A DNA stretch of 63,724 nucleotides, the filler included, from Trichomonas gallinae (taxonomy: Eukaryota): assembly GCA_008369845.1 (NCBI GenBank). It is 6 parts of 6 records of this genome, joined end to end, with 100 filler letters (N's around TTAATTAATTAA, not from the genome) between each part and the next. Parts side by side here need not be neighbours in the genome. Positions count along the whole stretch, not along the records: positions 1 to 17,140 come from MRSU01000885.1; 5 more parts are not named here. One strand, given 5' to 3'. The notes under the pieces are model-generated. The model ran no database searches, had not been told where the DNA came from, and was given only the letters and a program-made list of their open reading frames with translations. Numbering within the stretch: position 1 is the first letter of the stretch; each line of letters starts with the position of its first letter. Position numbers and translations under genes: made by a program. This document shows, one piece after another, positions 1-11,287 of this stretch.

Positions 1-218
1 CGCTGGTGTGGGACGCGCTTCTTGGAGACGAAGTTCTTTTTCTTCCTCTTCTTCTTCTTGCCACCATCATCAACTTCGAACTCATCGAGGACGGCGTTTT
101 CGAAAACGGCGCCAGCGAGCTCGAGGCCTGTGATAGCCTTGACCTCCTCAAGTGTGAGGCCCTCTGGGACTTCAACTGTAAGGAACTTTCCGCTTAGTGA
201 GCGAACGAAAAGCTGCAT
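1..218 (-). CDS. RPS27A: Ubiquitin-like leader fused to 40S ribosomal protein eS31/S27a (5' part; runs off the window)
   Basis: Manual translation from ATG 218: MQLFVRSLSGKFLTVEV...FEVDDGG|KKKKRKKKNFVSKKRVPHQ. Ubiquitin-like start (cf. MQIFVKTLTGK), a diglycine, then the basic eS31 N-terminus. High-expression codons (AAG, CTC, GAG). Absent from the ORF track. Confidence 0.88.
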   Translation of the reverse strand, partial: MQLFVRSLSGKFLTVEVPEGLTLEEVKAITGLELAGAVFENAVLDEFEVDDGGKKKKRKKKNFVSKKRVPHQ

Positions 219-239
219 TATAATTAATGGTTGGGCCAT

Positions 240-307
240 AACCGCAATTTTAAAGAGTTTACAAATAAAAGTGACAATATCTGACATGTATAAATATTAA
301 CATGTCA
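240..307 (-). promoter_or_regulatory. Upstream elements of the eS31 gene: M3-like GCGGTT, M2-like AAAGTGAC and two TGACATGT copies
   Basis: AACCGC 240-245 (GCGGTT on the sense strand, about 22 nt before the ATG); AAAGTGAC 268-275; TGACATGTAT 282-291; TAACATGTCA 298-307. Confidence 0.6.
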
Positions 308-552
308 AAATATTTTCTAATGCCCTTCTTATCATTATTATTATCTGAGTTACATCTTAAATAAAAGTTTAGCAGCAATTTATATAATTCTATTAATCTG
401 AAGATATTTTATCAATAATTATCGAATAATAATATAAAATTTAATTTTATATGAGAATATGCATGGAGTAAGAGAGAAAATTTAGTGAAAGTCAATTATC
501 AAGTAAATATTTTTGGCAAAATATAATATTCTAAAAATAAATATTTTATTTT

Positions 553-2835
553 CTATATAGTTTTTTCGATTTCATTGGCGAGTCCATCATCTTTAGGTAC
601 ACCGACACCATTCCTTAATAACTTAACAGCTTCAATCTTTCCTTCCTTCAATCCAAGTCTTGCGCTTTCGATAACAAGTTTTGCGCCGGCTTCTTCATTC
701 TTTTCAAGTTTTGATCCATCGATCATCATCATTCCCATGGCGAATATAGCCTCCTTGATTCCCTTTGCTGCGAGATCTTTGAGAATTTCAGCACCTTCTT
801 TATTCTCCTCTTCTTTGTCTGATTCAATCAAGAGTGTTGCGAGGCTTAATTTAGCGATATTATCTCCTAGTCTAGAACTCTCGCGCAATAAATCAGCTGC
901 ACGCTTTATATCGCTATCCTTTATCTCAAGAGCGTAAAGCCTCATTCCTTCAACATCATGGCCATTCGCTGCACTTCTCAAATATTCCAATCTTTCCTGC
1001 TTAGATTCTGTGTGATTTGCCATGTAAACTAAAGCTGGTGTATATTGGAAGTGAGCTGATTTCTTCAGGAACTCGAGAGCTTCGTTGTTGTTTTTATCTT
1101 CACTTAACACAGCGCGTCCATACTCGAACATTGCCTGTGGGTGATATTTATGCTCGGCCCACAATTTGAGTATCGATAAACCTTTTTGTCTATCACTTTT
1201 CACACCGAAACCATTGATGAGGCACATCGCATATTCGATGCAAGCTATTGGGACTCCTTTTTCGGCTGCCTTTCTGAATAGCTCAGCGGCTTCTGTTTCA
1301 TTAACATCAACACCTCCTTCACCGTTCTTGTAGATCTGTGCAGCTCTGACCATAGCTGTTGGGCTGCCACTTTTTATCAAGTCTTTGAGGACTTCGAGAG
1401 CTGCTGTTGTATTATAGTGCGGTGAGAATGGGTCAGCTAAATCGAAGGCAACAGCGGTCTGCGCGCGAGTGTTGCCTTGGCTGCCGCTGAGGAGAAGAAG
1501 CTTCATACCTTCATCGTTCTTGCCTGACTCAATCAAGTGGGAGCCGGCGATGAATTGGGCAGTAGAGTCTCCGAGTTCGACAGCCATGTTCAAATACTTC
1601 ATAGCTTCCTCTTCATTTGGTTTGCAGCCGGCACCGATCAATGTCATCTGTCCGTAGTTGGACATAGCTAAAACATCACCCTGATCGGCTGCAACTTTGA
1701 ATAAATTCCTTGCATCATCGACATTTTTCGCTTGCAAGGCCAAAACGCCGAGTTTTGATATGGCTGAGACAAAACCGTTCTTGCCTGCCTTTGCTAGTAA
1801 ATCTTTTGAACGTTTCGTGTCTTCATTCTCGAGGAATGACGATAATAAATATTGAGCTGGTGGGAAGCCACGAATTGCGCTTGATTCAAGAGCTTTCATA
1901 GCCTTTGTATCTTTCTTTTCGTCGTTGATGTAGAGTGATGCGAATAAATATGAAATTAAAGGATCTTCATTCTTTAAATCTTTTTCAAAATGTTTATCGA
2001 AGTTGATATCCATAGAAATTGTAGATTTATCAAGTGAATTTGCTGCTTTTGTGGTAAGTTCTAATGTATCTTTAGCGTAAATTTCCCCTTCCAAAATATC
2101 ATTTACAATTTGATCGGCAGTCTTATGTTCTGATGACATCGACTGAATTATAAAGCGATTAATAGGCGTATCATCGAGTTCTGGTCGTTCTCCAGATTTT
2201 ATAAGTCTCATCATTTCATTTTTGTCATGACAATCGTATAATGGATAACGTTTGTATTCCATTTCGTAGGCAATTACACCGAGTGAGAAAATATCTGCAG
2301 ATTTCGAAGATAAATTCTCCATTTTTTCGTAAGCAAACCACGGATAAATTCCGAATTTATCAGTAGTAGGATCTAATGATGCAGATGTAACGAGTACGCG
2401 CTCATCATCGAAGAAAATCCCATGAGAATCGAGTAATGGCAAAGATCCCCCAGCATTATGAAGAGAGCTGAGGAAATTTGCGATTGTATATAAAATGAGT
2501 GATTTTGTTTGAGGTTTTATATCATTTTTGTTAACATGGATCTCATCGTATAGATTTTTCATCTGTTTGTAAGGAATCACAATCGAAATATCTTGGCCGC
2601 CTTTTTCATCCTTTGAGCTGTAGTCTATGATGTTCTCCATGTATGGATGTTTGCAATTTTTGAAGATATCAAGCATTATCGCGAATCTATCGAATTGACG
2701 TAATGATAATCTCCTAACATTATATATTTTCACAATTCTTTTCTCATTTCTTGGTCGATATGTGGCCTCTCTGACAAGCAATTCGCCATTTGAGACAATC
2801 GGGTTGCCAAAAGTGTAGTTTGAGTAATTTATCAT
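553..2835 (-). CDS. Pseudokinase plus SEL1-like repeat protein
   Basis: N-terminal kinase-like lobe (VKIY lysine, KHPY, ADIFSLGVIAYEM) with no HRD or DFG. C-terminal half has many SEL1 repeats (e.g. AAELFRKAAEKG, GFGVKSDRQKG). First ATG at 2835. Confidence 0.8.
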   Translation of the reverse strand: MINYSNYTFGNPIVSNGELLVREATYRPRNEKRIVKIYNVRRLSLRQFDRFAIMLDIFKNCKHPYMENIIDYSSKDEKGGQDISIVIPYKQMKNLYDEIHVNKNDIKPQTKSLILYTIANFLSSLHNAGGSLPLLDSHGIFFDDERVLVTSASLDPTTDKFGIYPWFAYEKMENLSSKSADIFSLGVIAYEMEYKRYPLYDCHDKNEMMRLIKSGERPELDDTPINRFIIQSMSSEHKTADQIVNDILEGEIYAKDTLELTTKAANSLDKSTISMDINFDKHFEKDLKNEDPLISYLFASLYINDEKKDTKAMKALESSAIRGFPPAQYLLSSFLENEDTKRSKDLLAKAGKNGFVSAISKLGVLALQAKNVDDARNLFKVAADQGDVLAMSNYGQMTLIGAGCKPNEEEAMKYLNMAVELGDSTAQFIAGSHLIESGKNDEGMKLLLLSGSQGNTRAQTAVAFDLADPFSPHYNTTAALEVLKDLIKSGSPTAMVRAAQIYKNGEGGVDVNETEAAELFRKAAEKGVPIACIEYAMCLINGFGVKSDRQKGLSILKLWAEHKYHPQAMFEYGRAVLSEDKNNNEALEFLKKSAHFQYTPALVYMANHTESKQERLEYLRSAANGHDVEGMRLYALEIKDSDIKRAADLLRESSRLGDNIAKLSLATLLIESDKEEENKEGAEILKDLAAKGIKEAIFAMGMMMIDGSKLEKNEEAGAKLVIESARLGLKEGKIEAVKLLRNGVGVPKDDGLANEIEKTI

Positions 2836-3389
2836 TTTGACCAAAAAAAATTTTTTTTATCGTTTTCCGTTCAATTTTTCGTGTTTTAATTTTTTCTTTT
2901 TTAGCATCTTTTATATCTAAAATATCAATTTTCTGCAAAATTTTTACGAAATCTTCATTTTATTAGGTAATTTTTAGCGTTTTTTATATTTTTCGATGAT
3001 TTCGGATATAGTACAAAATATATATTCATATTTACGAATCAGATAAATTTGAAAATCCAAAATATCAAAACCAAAATCTCTAAATTTTTCTTGAAAAAAT
3101 TCATTTTCTAATTTTCTAGTTAATAAAAATCTATATTTAAATAATGCAATCAATGATATTTTTGTTCTATTCAAATATTCATTGATAATTTCATAAAATC
3201 CTTTATGTTATTCCCTATTTTGATATTCTAAATTCAAATTTTCATATGTAAAGCTCTTCTTATAATGAATAATCTGATATAAATCCGTAAGCAAAGGAAA
3301 ATAAAGACTATAAATAGCAATGAAGTCATAAAAAACAAAATAAAATATATTTAATTCAAACAATTTAATACATAATATATAAATAGCAT

Positions 3390-4451
3390 TCATACATGTT
3401 TCTTATTTGATGGATGGGATATAATGCATGATTGGATTAGCCCTGATAACACGAATCCTCCGCCTATTATTGAACAAACTTGCAATAAAAGCATCGAAAT
3501 CTCTGTTCTATAAATAACAATGTTGGAATTTATAGGATAAACATTAAACTTGAAGATGATTCCTGGCCTTTTGACACTGAGCTGGTCAAGAACAGTGTCT
3601 GAAAACTGAACTGAATATTGAGTTGTTTGGATAACTTCGTTTTTGTCTGTGATTTTCGTTGGTATTAGATCAAGATGGTAGACATATTGATGATATTCTG
3701 TATCATTTTGTATTTGGACGTGATTATTTAATGGTTGATTAATATAAATTGATTGTTTCCCAAACATGAAGTCTCCGATCATATGAGACATATTCAAGTA
3801 TTTTGTGACAATCGTGTTGTCGATTAGAGTCTTTTTTGGAACTTGAGAATGGGAATTCATCGAAAAAATAAGCTGTCCGTATGCGTAAGGTGTTCTTGTA
3901 GATCCAACAAGCAGACATTTCGATCCGTTGTTGTAAAATTCTAAATCTCTCTGACACTGTTTAATATCATTAACAGATGGAGGAATTGAATTTGTTGATA
4001 TATGTCCATATATAACATCTAAGCAAGAATAGCAGCATTCTTGGTATTTGTGTCCGTAACAATAATCGCAATTTGGCGTATCTGATATTTTCTTTGTAAA
4101 TAATTGAAAATCTCCATTAGGAGTGTTATCATTATCTAAATTTTGTTTCATTAATGCGCGAATTGATTGCTTTCTATGATGCCCTGAATCATCTGTAATA
4201 TAAACTTCGAGGAAATTGCATGGAGCATCGACAGTTATATTAAATGATAGCCATAAGTTAGTATCATCGCATAAAATGGTATCATTTTGGCTAAGAGATT
4301 CCTTGATTTTATAATTTAATCCATCGTAAACGAAGAATACAAGAGTAACAAACAGCAAAATACATGTTGCTAGACTAATCAAGCCACCTGTTACTGTTTT
4401 GATCATCTGATATTCATATTTTACTTTTGGAAAAAAATCATATTCCTTCAT
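3390..4451 (-). CDS. Erv46/ERGIC3-family ER-Golgi vesicle protein
   Basis: DFFPK...TGGLIS N-terminus, CDYCYG...CCYSC motif, NMSHMI, PGIIFKFNVYPI and C-terminal CSIIGG transmembrane segment. Alternative ATG at 4478. Confidence 0.88.
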   Translation of the reverse strand: MKEYDFFPKVKYEYQMIKTVTGGLISLATCILLFVTLVFFVYDGLNYKIKESLSQNDTILCDDTNLWLSFNITVDAPCNFLEVYITDDSGHHRKQSIRALMKQNLDNDNTPNGDFQLFTKKISDTPNCDYCYGHKYQECCYSCLDVIYGHISTNSIPPSVNDIKQCQRDLEFYNNGSKCLLVGSTRTPYAYGQLIFSMNSHSQVPKKTLIDNTIVTKYLNMSHMIGDFMFGKQSIYINQPLNNHVQIQNDTEYHQYVYHLDLIPTKITDKNEVIQTTQYSVQFSDTVLDQLSVKRPGIIFKFNVYPINSNIVIYRTEISMLLLQVCSIIGGGFVLSGLIQSCIISHPSNKKHV

Positions 4452-4546
4452 TTGAAAAAATAAAACGACAGATATCATTATTTTGCATTTATATGACTAA
4501 ATACAGCATTTTTAATTTAAATTTAGTCACTTTTCATATTTTTTAA

Positions 4547-5347
4547 ATGTCGGAAAAATATTATAAAAACGATCTATTCTTTGATGGATCACAAGGAAAT
4601 TCGATTTTCAACACCAACAGAAAAGACACGAAACAAAAATTCGATATTACGAACTTTTATGATGAAATTGCAACAAAATTCGGAGTTTTATTCATTCTTT
4701 TAGCTCTTGTTACTGCAATAATAACATTCATATATATATTCTGGCGTCTGTTTTTCTCTTTCACGAACGAAGACCGCCAAACACAATTGATTTACGAAAA
4801 AACTAAACTTTACATTCTTAAACACGTAAACTTCAGATGCTCAGAATGCAAGAAATTATCTTATAATGATGTAGCAAGATTCGTCCAAAAATTTTCGAAA
4901 TCAGTTGATGTTCTCATTAATGTTTGGAATAATATTATGGAGAATGACGAAGAATTCGAAATACTTGTCGATGAAAATGGTATGTCATGGGTTAAAGGCA
5001 GAACAATGATTCCGAATTCACTATTTTGCTTATTGTTCAGGAATAAGACATTTATTTTCCTATCACTTGTATCAGTATCCATCTGCGTATTCCTTGGTTT
5101 GCAAATTTACCTAAAATTCAAAAATAACAAACAAGCAAACGAATATTCGTCACAAATTATTCAAACAATGGTTGCTCAATCCAAATATGGAACAAGGGAT
5201 ATCAATCCTCAATCATTGCGAATTCAATATCCGAAAATTAACGACAAACAATGGATAAACATTGTTAATCAAGTCGAAAGATGTCCTATTGTTTCCGTAT
5301 ATCGAAAGAAGAACGGAAATATTTGGCAAGTTAGTGGAAATAATTAA
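4547..5347 (+). CDS. Man1/Src1 C-terminal (MSC)-like inner nuclear membrane protein
   Basis: Two TM segments flank a Cys-containing luminal region; C-terminal winged-helix-like W..IV..VE...V...W tail; TCACT/TCATA Inr just upstream. Confidence 0.55.
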   Translation: MSEKYYKNDLFFDGSQGNSIFNTNRKDTKQKFDITNFYDEIATKFGVLFILLALVTAIITFIYIFWRLFFSFTNEDRQTQLIYEKTKLYILKHVNFRCSECKKLSYNDVARFVQKFSKSVDVLINVWNNIMENDEEFEILVDENGMSWVKGRTMIPNSLFCLLFRNKTFIFLSLVSVSICVFLGLQIYLKFKNNKQANEYSSQIIQTMVAQSKYGTRDINPQSLRIQYPKINDKQWINIVNQVERCPIVSVYRKKNGNIWQVSGNN

Positions 5348-5812
5348 TTTCATTTTCACTATTGTTGTCTATCTAGTTTTACATTAATTTTTATCATGGT
5401 ATCCTCGTATTTGTTTGATTTGCTCATTCTATATATTTGTTTAAATATTTGACAATTTTTAGTCATATACCATTTAGTCTATTACATAAATCTATAAAAG
5501 TATAACTGTGCACAAATATTCGTGAATAATTAAAAAATCAGCGAATAAGAAATAAAAAATTTTGCCAAAGGATATATTTGTATATATAGGTGCAGATGTT
5601 AGGAATTAGACTATTGGTGATGAAGCAATGATGATAATGGAAATTTTGATTTATGAAATTTCAATATTGACTAGAGATAGCATATTATATTAGTGATATA
5701 GCAGCGTTCACCTATAATATGATTAGTTCCAATGTTCTTTATGTCTAAAACCAAAAGAATAACGACTGGTGTAAGGAGTCACTTTTCATGTCACCTTTAC
5801 ACAACTAGTGAG

Positions 5813-6661
5813 ATGAAGCGATCACCACATGATATCTTCAACGAGGCAGAATCCAAGATGAATATGCTGACTCTCGAAGGAAAAACACGCTATTTCATGG
5901 CGTTAGATTTGTACAAACAAGCAGGCCTTGCTTTCAAAAATGCACATAACTATCAACGCGCGGGAGATTCATATAGGAGAGCTGTTGATTGCTGCTTCCA
6001 CTTGAATAACCAGAAGGATGCTGCAATAAACGCTTCAGAAGCTGCTCGACTTTATGTTAGATCACCCGCTACTCACAAAAAAGCAGAAGAAGCACTCGGT
6101 GTTGCCATTAAGTTCCTTTGCAACAATGATGGCTTCACTGATGCTGCAAAACTTCTGACAGAATTCGCGCAGACATATGAAAATCAAAGAAAATACGAGA
6201 ATGCCGTTCAATCACTCCAACATGCTAGCAAAATCTACTATGAAAATAACATGGAGTTCGATTCGAATCGTGTTGACCGTCAAATTGGTGCACTTTTAGT
6301 CTCACAGCAAAAATGGGCTGAAGCTGGTGCGCATTATACAGAATTTGCATTAAAACTCGGCAAAAATGGTACAGTAATAGAGCCTTCCGATCTTGCCTCT
6401 AAAGCGGTTTTATGCACATTACTTGCTACAGGACCAATGCAAGCCAGAGAAAATGTAAATAAATTCAATAACAATATTAGTGGTTGGACTGGATCTGCCG
6501 ATTATACTCACGTTAATGATATCATTGATGCTACAATCACCCACCTTGAGTCTAAGATTCAAAAAGCTGTCACAGAATTCCGTACGGCAAAGCAGAACGA
6601 TAAAGTTGTTGCTGATATTCTTGTACGTGCAGTTGATATTCTCAAAGCTAAGACAATCTAG
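5813..6661 (+). CDS. SNAP (soluble NSF attachment protein) family protein
   Basis: ALDLYKQAGLAFK..YQRAGDSYRRA, AAKLLTEFAQTYE and KAVLCTL helical repeats. Start placed at MKRSPH downstream of a TCACT Inr. Confidence 0.75.
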   Translation: MKRSPHDIFNEAESKMNMLTLEGKTRYFMALDLYKQAGLAFKNAHNYQRAGDSYRRAVDCCFHLNNQKDAAINASEAARLYVRSPATHKKAEEALGVAIKFLCNNDGFTDAAKLLTEFAQTYENQRKYENAVQSLQHASKIYYENNMEFDSNRVDRQIGALLVSQQKWAEAGAHYTEFALKLGKNGTVIEPSDLASKAVLCTLLATGPMQARENVNKFNNNISGWTGSADYTHVNDIIDATITHLESKIQKAVTEFRTAKQNDKVVADILVRAVDILKAKTI

Positions 6662-6974
6662 TTGCTAAAAATGTAAGATTATTCTAACTAGCCTATTGTT
6701 TCTTTCTTTCCTTACTAATTTTATCAATATCAGAAATTATTGAAATAAAATTTTGAAAAAATTATCATAAAGTATGTTTTAATTAATGCTTTATTTATGT
6801 TTTTATATGTGACGATGAATTTTACTAGATTTTAGATTATGAGAGAAATTCAAAAAAAATAATGAAATCTTGAAATAAGGCGAACACAGTCTTTCGGTAT
6901 TAATGAGATGCTGATATTACGTATTTGCCATATATGTTGGAAGATACTTTATAAGGTTCCTCAAAATAAGAAAA

Positions 6975-7346
6975 ATGTCTTGGGAAGCGTATGTTCAAAT
7001 GCTTGACAATCAAACCACTGCTGCAGCGATTATATCGATAAATGGAGCGTTATGCGCTAAGTCTGCAACTTTTGCTGCAACACCAACAAATTTAATTCAT
7101 TGGTCAAAAATGATTAAAGATCCATCGCTCGCTCGCCAGCATGGAGTTCCTTATGACAAAGCGAAGCTATTTCTTTTGGAATATTCATCAGATTTCCTTC
7201 ATGCTATGCGCGATGAATTAAATTTGTATATGAAGAAAACTTCTAGTGTAGTTGTTATCGGCGTTTGTGCAGGAAATAAACCACAAAGTGAAGCAAGAAA
7301 GCAAGTATTAAATGTTGCGAAGATATTAATTGATGCAGGAGCATAG
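6975..7346 (+). CDS. Profilin
   Basis: MSWEAYV N-terminus, AAIISING, KT...VVIG and a C-terminal VA..LI.AG helix; 123 aa. Confidence 0.88.
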   Translation: MSWEAYVQMLDNQTTAAAIISINGALCAKSATFAATPTNLIHWSKMIKDPSLARQHGVPYDKAKLFLLEYSSDFLHAMRDELNLYMKKTSSVVVIGVCAGNKPQSEARKQVLNVAKILIDAGA

Positions 7347-7682
7347 TCAATATCACTGAAGAAGTATAATTATTGTTGTTGTAATCATTTATTCGCATTC
7401 AATAAAGATTGCGATTGAAGATATTCTAAATTAAATGGATATGCACATGTGTTGTCATGCAATTATTACAGATATATTGATTTGCAAATCAAAATAAACA
7501 CGCCCGTACGTATAATTTTCACGAACAGACTAAGTCAATAAAAATAAATAAATAAACATTTGTCTCTGAGACTTGGAATATGAATAAGCAGTAAATCGAG
7601 AGAGATTGATTAATATCATGTTAATAGCACGTAGTGGAATATGTAATATTGGAAATCGGATATTTTTTGAAGCCTTTTCTTA

Positions 7683-9317
7683 ATGTTGTTGTTCTTAACT
7701 TGTTTGTGGAGACATTTTGTTACATTATCAGACGAATATATCTTCAATGATTATCTTCATCCCGAGAAGTACAAGTTTGAAGTTGGAAACATCAAAATCA
7801 ACAACAAAATAAACTTCTCGACAAAAAACTTGTATAATGTCATATCATACAAGACAATTAAACATAGAACGCACATCAAATACGAAATTGAAGATAATGA
7901 TAGATCGATATACTCTCAGTCTATATATAAATCAAATATTGATCAAATTGTTTTAATGATCGACAACGAAACGAGAATTCGATTCCCGAGATCGAGCGAA
8001 GATTAATGTGACAACAATACATTTTTCATTGACAGAATACTTCGATCGATATGATGTTGAAGAAATCGAAGATTACAGTGTGCAATCGAATGGGTTCATC
8101 AGAATCGAATACGAATATTTATGCCACGAAGGATGCAAATCATGCAAGGAGAATCATGAATGCACATCGTGTTTTGAAGGCTTCACTCTTTCATCACGTC
8201 GATGCAACATTATTGGTAATGCAACACAACATAAATGTATCCGTCATTGTTCTCTCATCTCTGGTCAATGCCAACTCTCACTTCATTCTCTTAATTCCAG
8301 TAAAAGTATCATGGCAAAAGATTTCAAATGTAAACCACATTATAAAGACCATCGAGTATGCACATATTGCGATGGTTACTATTGTCAATATTGCAAAGAA
8401 AACTGGAATATTAAAATTTTTAGTGGAAATGAATACAGAGACAAACGTATTATATGCGTATGCAACTATTATGAATATAACAACAATAGTAACTATCAAT
8501 GTTTGAAAGATTGTCCCAGAGGAACTCTTAAGGGTATCAATGTTCGAACGTGTTATGGGCAAGAAGTAGAAACTGTGCGAGTTGCATGAATAATTGTGTC
8601 TCATGCACATCTGGCTCAACATGCAGTAGATGTGGAGATAACTACTTTTTGTATAAAAACAAATGTCATAATGGTCGCTGCCCATCAGGAACATACAATT
8701 CAGGAAACAGAGTTTGTCGAGATTGTAGTGTTACCAACTGTGATCAATGCAGTAGCAGTGGAGCAACATGTAGTTCTTGCAAAAATAATTATTATCTTTA
8801 TGGAAATATATGTCATCCTAATGGCTGTCCATCAGGAACATACAATTCAGGAAATAGAGTTTGTGAAGATTGTAATGTTGCCAATTGTGAAAAATGTAGC
8901 GAGAGTGGAAAATGCACAAAATATTCCGGAAATCTTTATGTTAATGATGGTCATTGTGTACCTCAATGTCCTTCTGAAAAATACTCAGATGACGGCCATT
9001 TTTGTCTACCATGTAAAACTACAACACACTGTCAAATTTGTAATAATTCAGACATCTGTTTATCTTGTAATAAGCCATTGCTACTCGATTCAAATTATCA
9101 ATGTGTTCGTAAGTGTCCACATGGAACATACTCTTATAATGGAACATGCAAGGAGTGGCGTCCAGGTGATGATTGCACAGATTGTAGCAAAGATGGACAA
9201 TGCACAAGATATGGCAGATTTGATAGGATAGGGTTCATATTATTTGACATCCTTTCCACGAGCAGTAGTATTCTTATGTTGGCCATGTATGATGCAATAT
9301 ATTATGCTAACTGTTAA
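7683..9317 (+). pseudogene. Disrupted Cys-rich (CXXC/furin-like repeat) surface protein gene
   Basis: Three consecutive ORFs (7683, 8008, 8550) form one signal peptide + CXXC-repeat protein. It is broken by TAA at 8004-8006 and frameshifts near 8036 and 8558. Internal repeat CPSGTYNSGNRVC occurs twice. Confidence 0.75.
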
Positions 9318-9479
9318 ATTTTGATTTACATAAAAATTTACACTGCAATCTAGAAATTATTAATATTATGAGCTGCTATAATTGATTTGTCGCAGAGATG
9401 TATTTGCTAATTTAATGTATTTTTTTGCATGGAGTTGCCCTATAAAAAAAACTAACATAGAGGAAATGATAAATAATGA

Positions 9480-10130
9480 TACATTCAGATCAAATCGTTT
9501 AAATAATCGAAAATGAAACGAGAATAAGATTTCCGAGGTCGAACACAAATTACAATGATAACAACACATTTTTCATTGACAGGAGATTCTTTAATCGATA
9601 TGATGTTTAAGAAATCGAGGATCATATTATTCAATCGAGTTGTTTCAACAAAAATGAGTAATTGAAAAATAATCGTCATCCAACTTCCATGAAATAATTC
9701 TAAATATTTTATATTCTGGCATTTTCCGACTTGCAGAAAAATACTCCAAAAATAATGAAGATATATCAATTTTGAAAACATTCTCTACGCAGGCTAATGT
9801 ATTAAAATATAACTGAAAGATTAAAAAAAAAAAAGAAAATTGATAATGAAGATAAAAAACTATAAATCGTTTAAAAAATTTAATCTATAAAATATTTTTC
9901 TTATAAAACATGTGAATCATTCAACGAGATTCATGAATGCACATCATGTTTTGAAAGCTTCACTCTTTCATCAGGTCGATGCAACATTATTGGTAATGCA
10001 ACACAACATAAATGTGGCCGTCATTGTTCTCGATGTCTTTCATCCGGTCAATGTACATCTTGTGACTCAGGTTTTTCTCTTATCTCTGTTCAATGCCAGC
10101 TCTCACTTCATTCTCTAAATTACAGCAAAA
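9480..10130 (+). pseudogene. Decayed tandem partial duplicate of the 7683 gene
   Basis: About 9500-9640 matches about 7955-8092 (RFPRS...NNTFFIDR...RYDV*EIED); about 9930-10130 matches about 8150-8300. Confidence 0.75.
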
Positions 10131-11287
10131 ACACCATAATTTTGTATAATGGCTGCCCTGAAAATAATTAAGACTTAAAGATGCCATCCATCACGACTTT
10201 TTTTATTGATGTCATAAATCAGGATAGCATTGATTCAGAAGATTAAAGCCTATATGATATTATACTAATATGTATATAGAATATGTGGTGTAAAATAATG
10301 CTTCAATAATAGTACAATCCAACAAATTAAAATTTCTAATTTCGTTTTAACATGTAATATATTTTCTTTGAAACCATAGTGCTATTTTCTAATATGTGTA
10401 ACAGCTGTCTGTTTAATAAATATTCAGCGATCCCAGAGTTTATCCTCGGCATATTTTTGCCAAATATTGAAAGAATAATGCTTCATATGGTATATCCGAT
10501 TTTTTAAGAAAGATCTAACTAGAATTTCAAAAAAGTCGCTTATCTGAATAAACATAATTGGGATCTCAAAATTTAACCATGTTATAACTATTGGAACATA
10601 CTTATGGAAAGTAATGGCATCCTTAAAGAAAAAAAAATCTTAATTAAAACTTAATTGGCTTCAAATTAACGTACTATAAAGAATAAAATATTTCATTATA
10701 AACTTTGAATGATACTCTATATTTCTATGTTTGTGTGATATTTATAACTAATTCATATCAAAAATGGGAGTGTCTCACAATTTTTTACTTACCATGAATG
10801 TTAGGTATATTCACACTGATGATAAGATGGGTGTGAAGATACCAAATTAACTGAATATTCACAGAATTAAACAATATATATTTCTTTGCATATCTTATTG
10901 TTGCATTTGTATTTTTCATATTAATATTGAACTTATAATAATTTTTAAAAAATCAACTCATGATATAAAGCGAATTTCAGCAAATTCTATCCCGAAATTG
11001 ATAATGGAATCTGTGCTGTACTATAATGATAAATCAAACATTTTTAAAATAAACTGCTTCATGAGCTACAATCGATCGAAAAAAAAAATTCAAAATTTTT
11101 ATTAAAATAATCTTTTGATAGAGCATCATAATGCATTATTAAAATGCAAGTATTTGATTTCAAATAACAATTATATATCGAGAAAAATGAATATAATGAA
11201 TTATAAAATTATGACATGTAAAATTATTTTTGGTTTTGTAAAATATTTTTTGACGTGTAAATCTTATTGTCATTTTTCTAAATTTTG

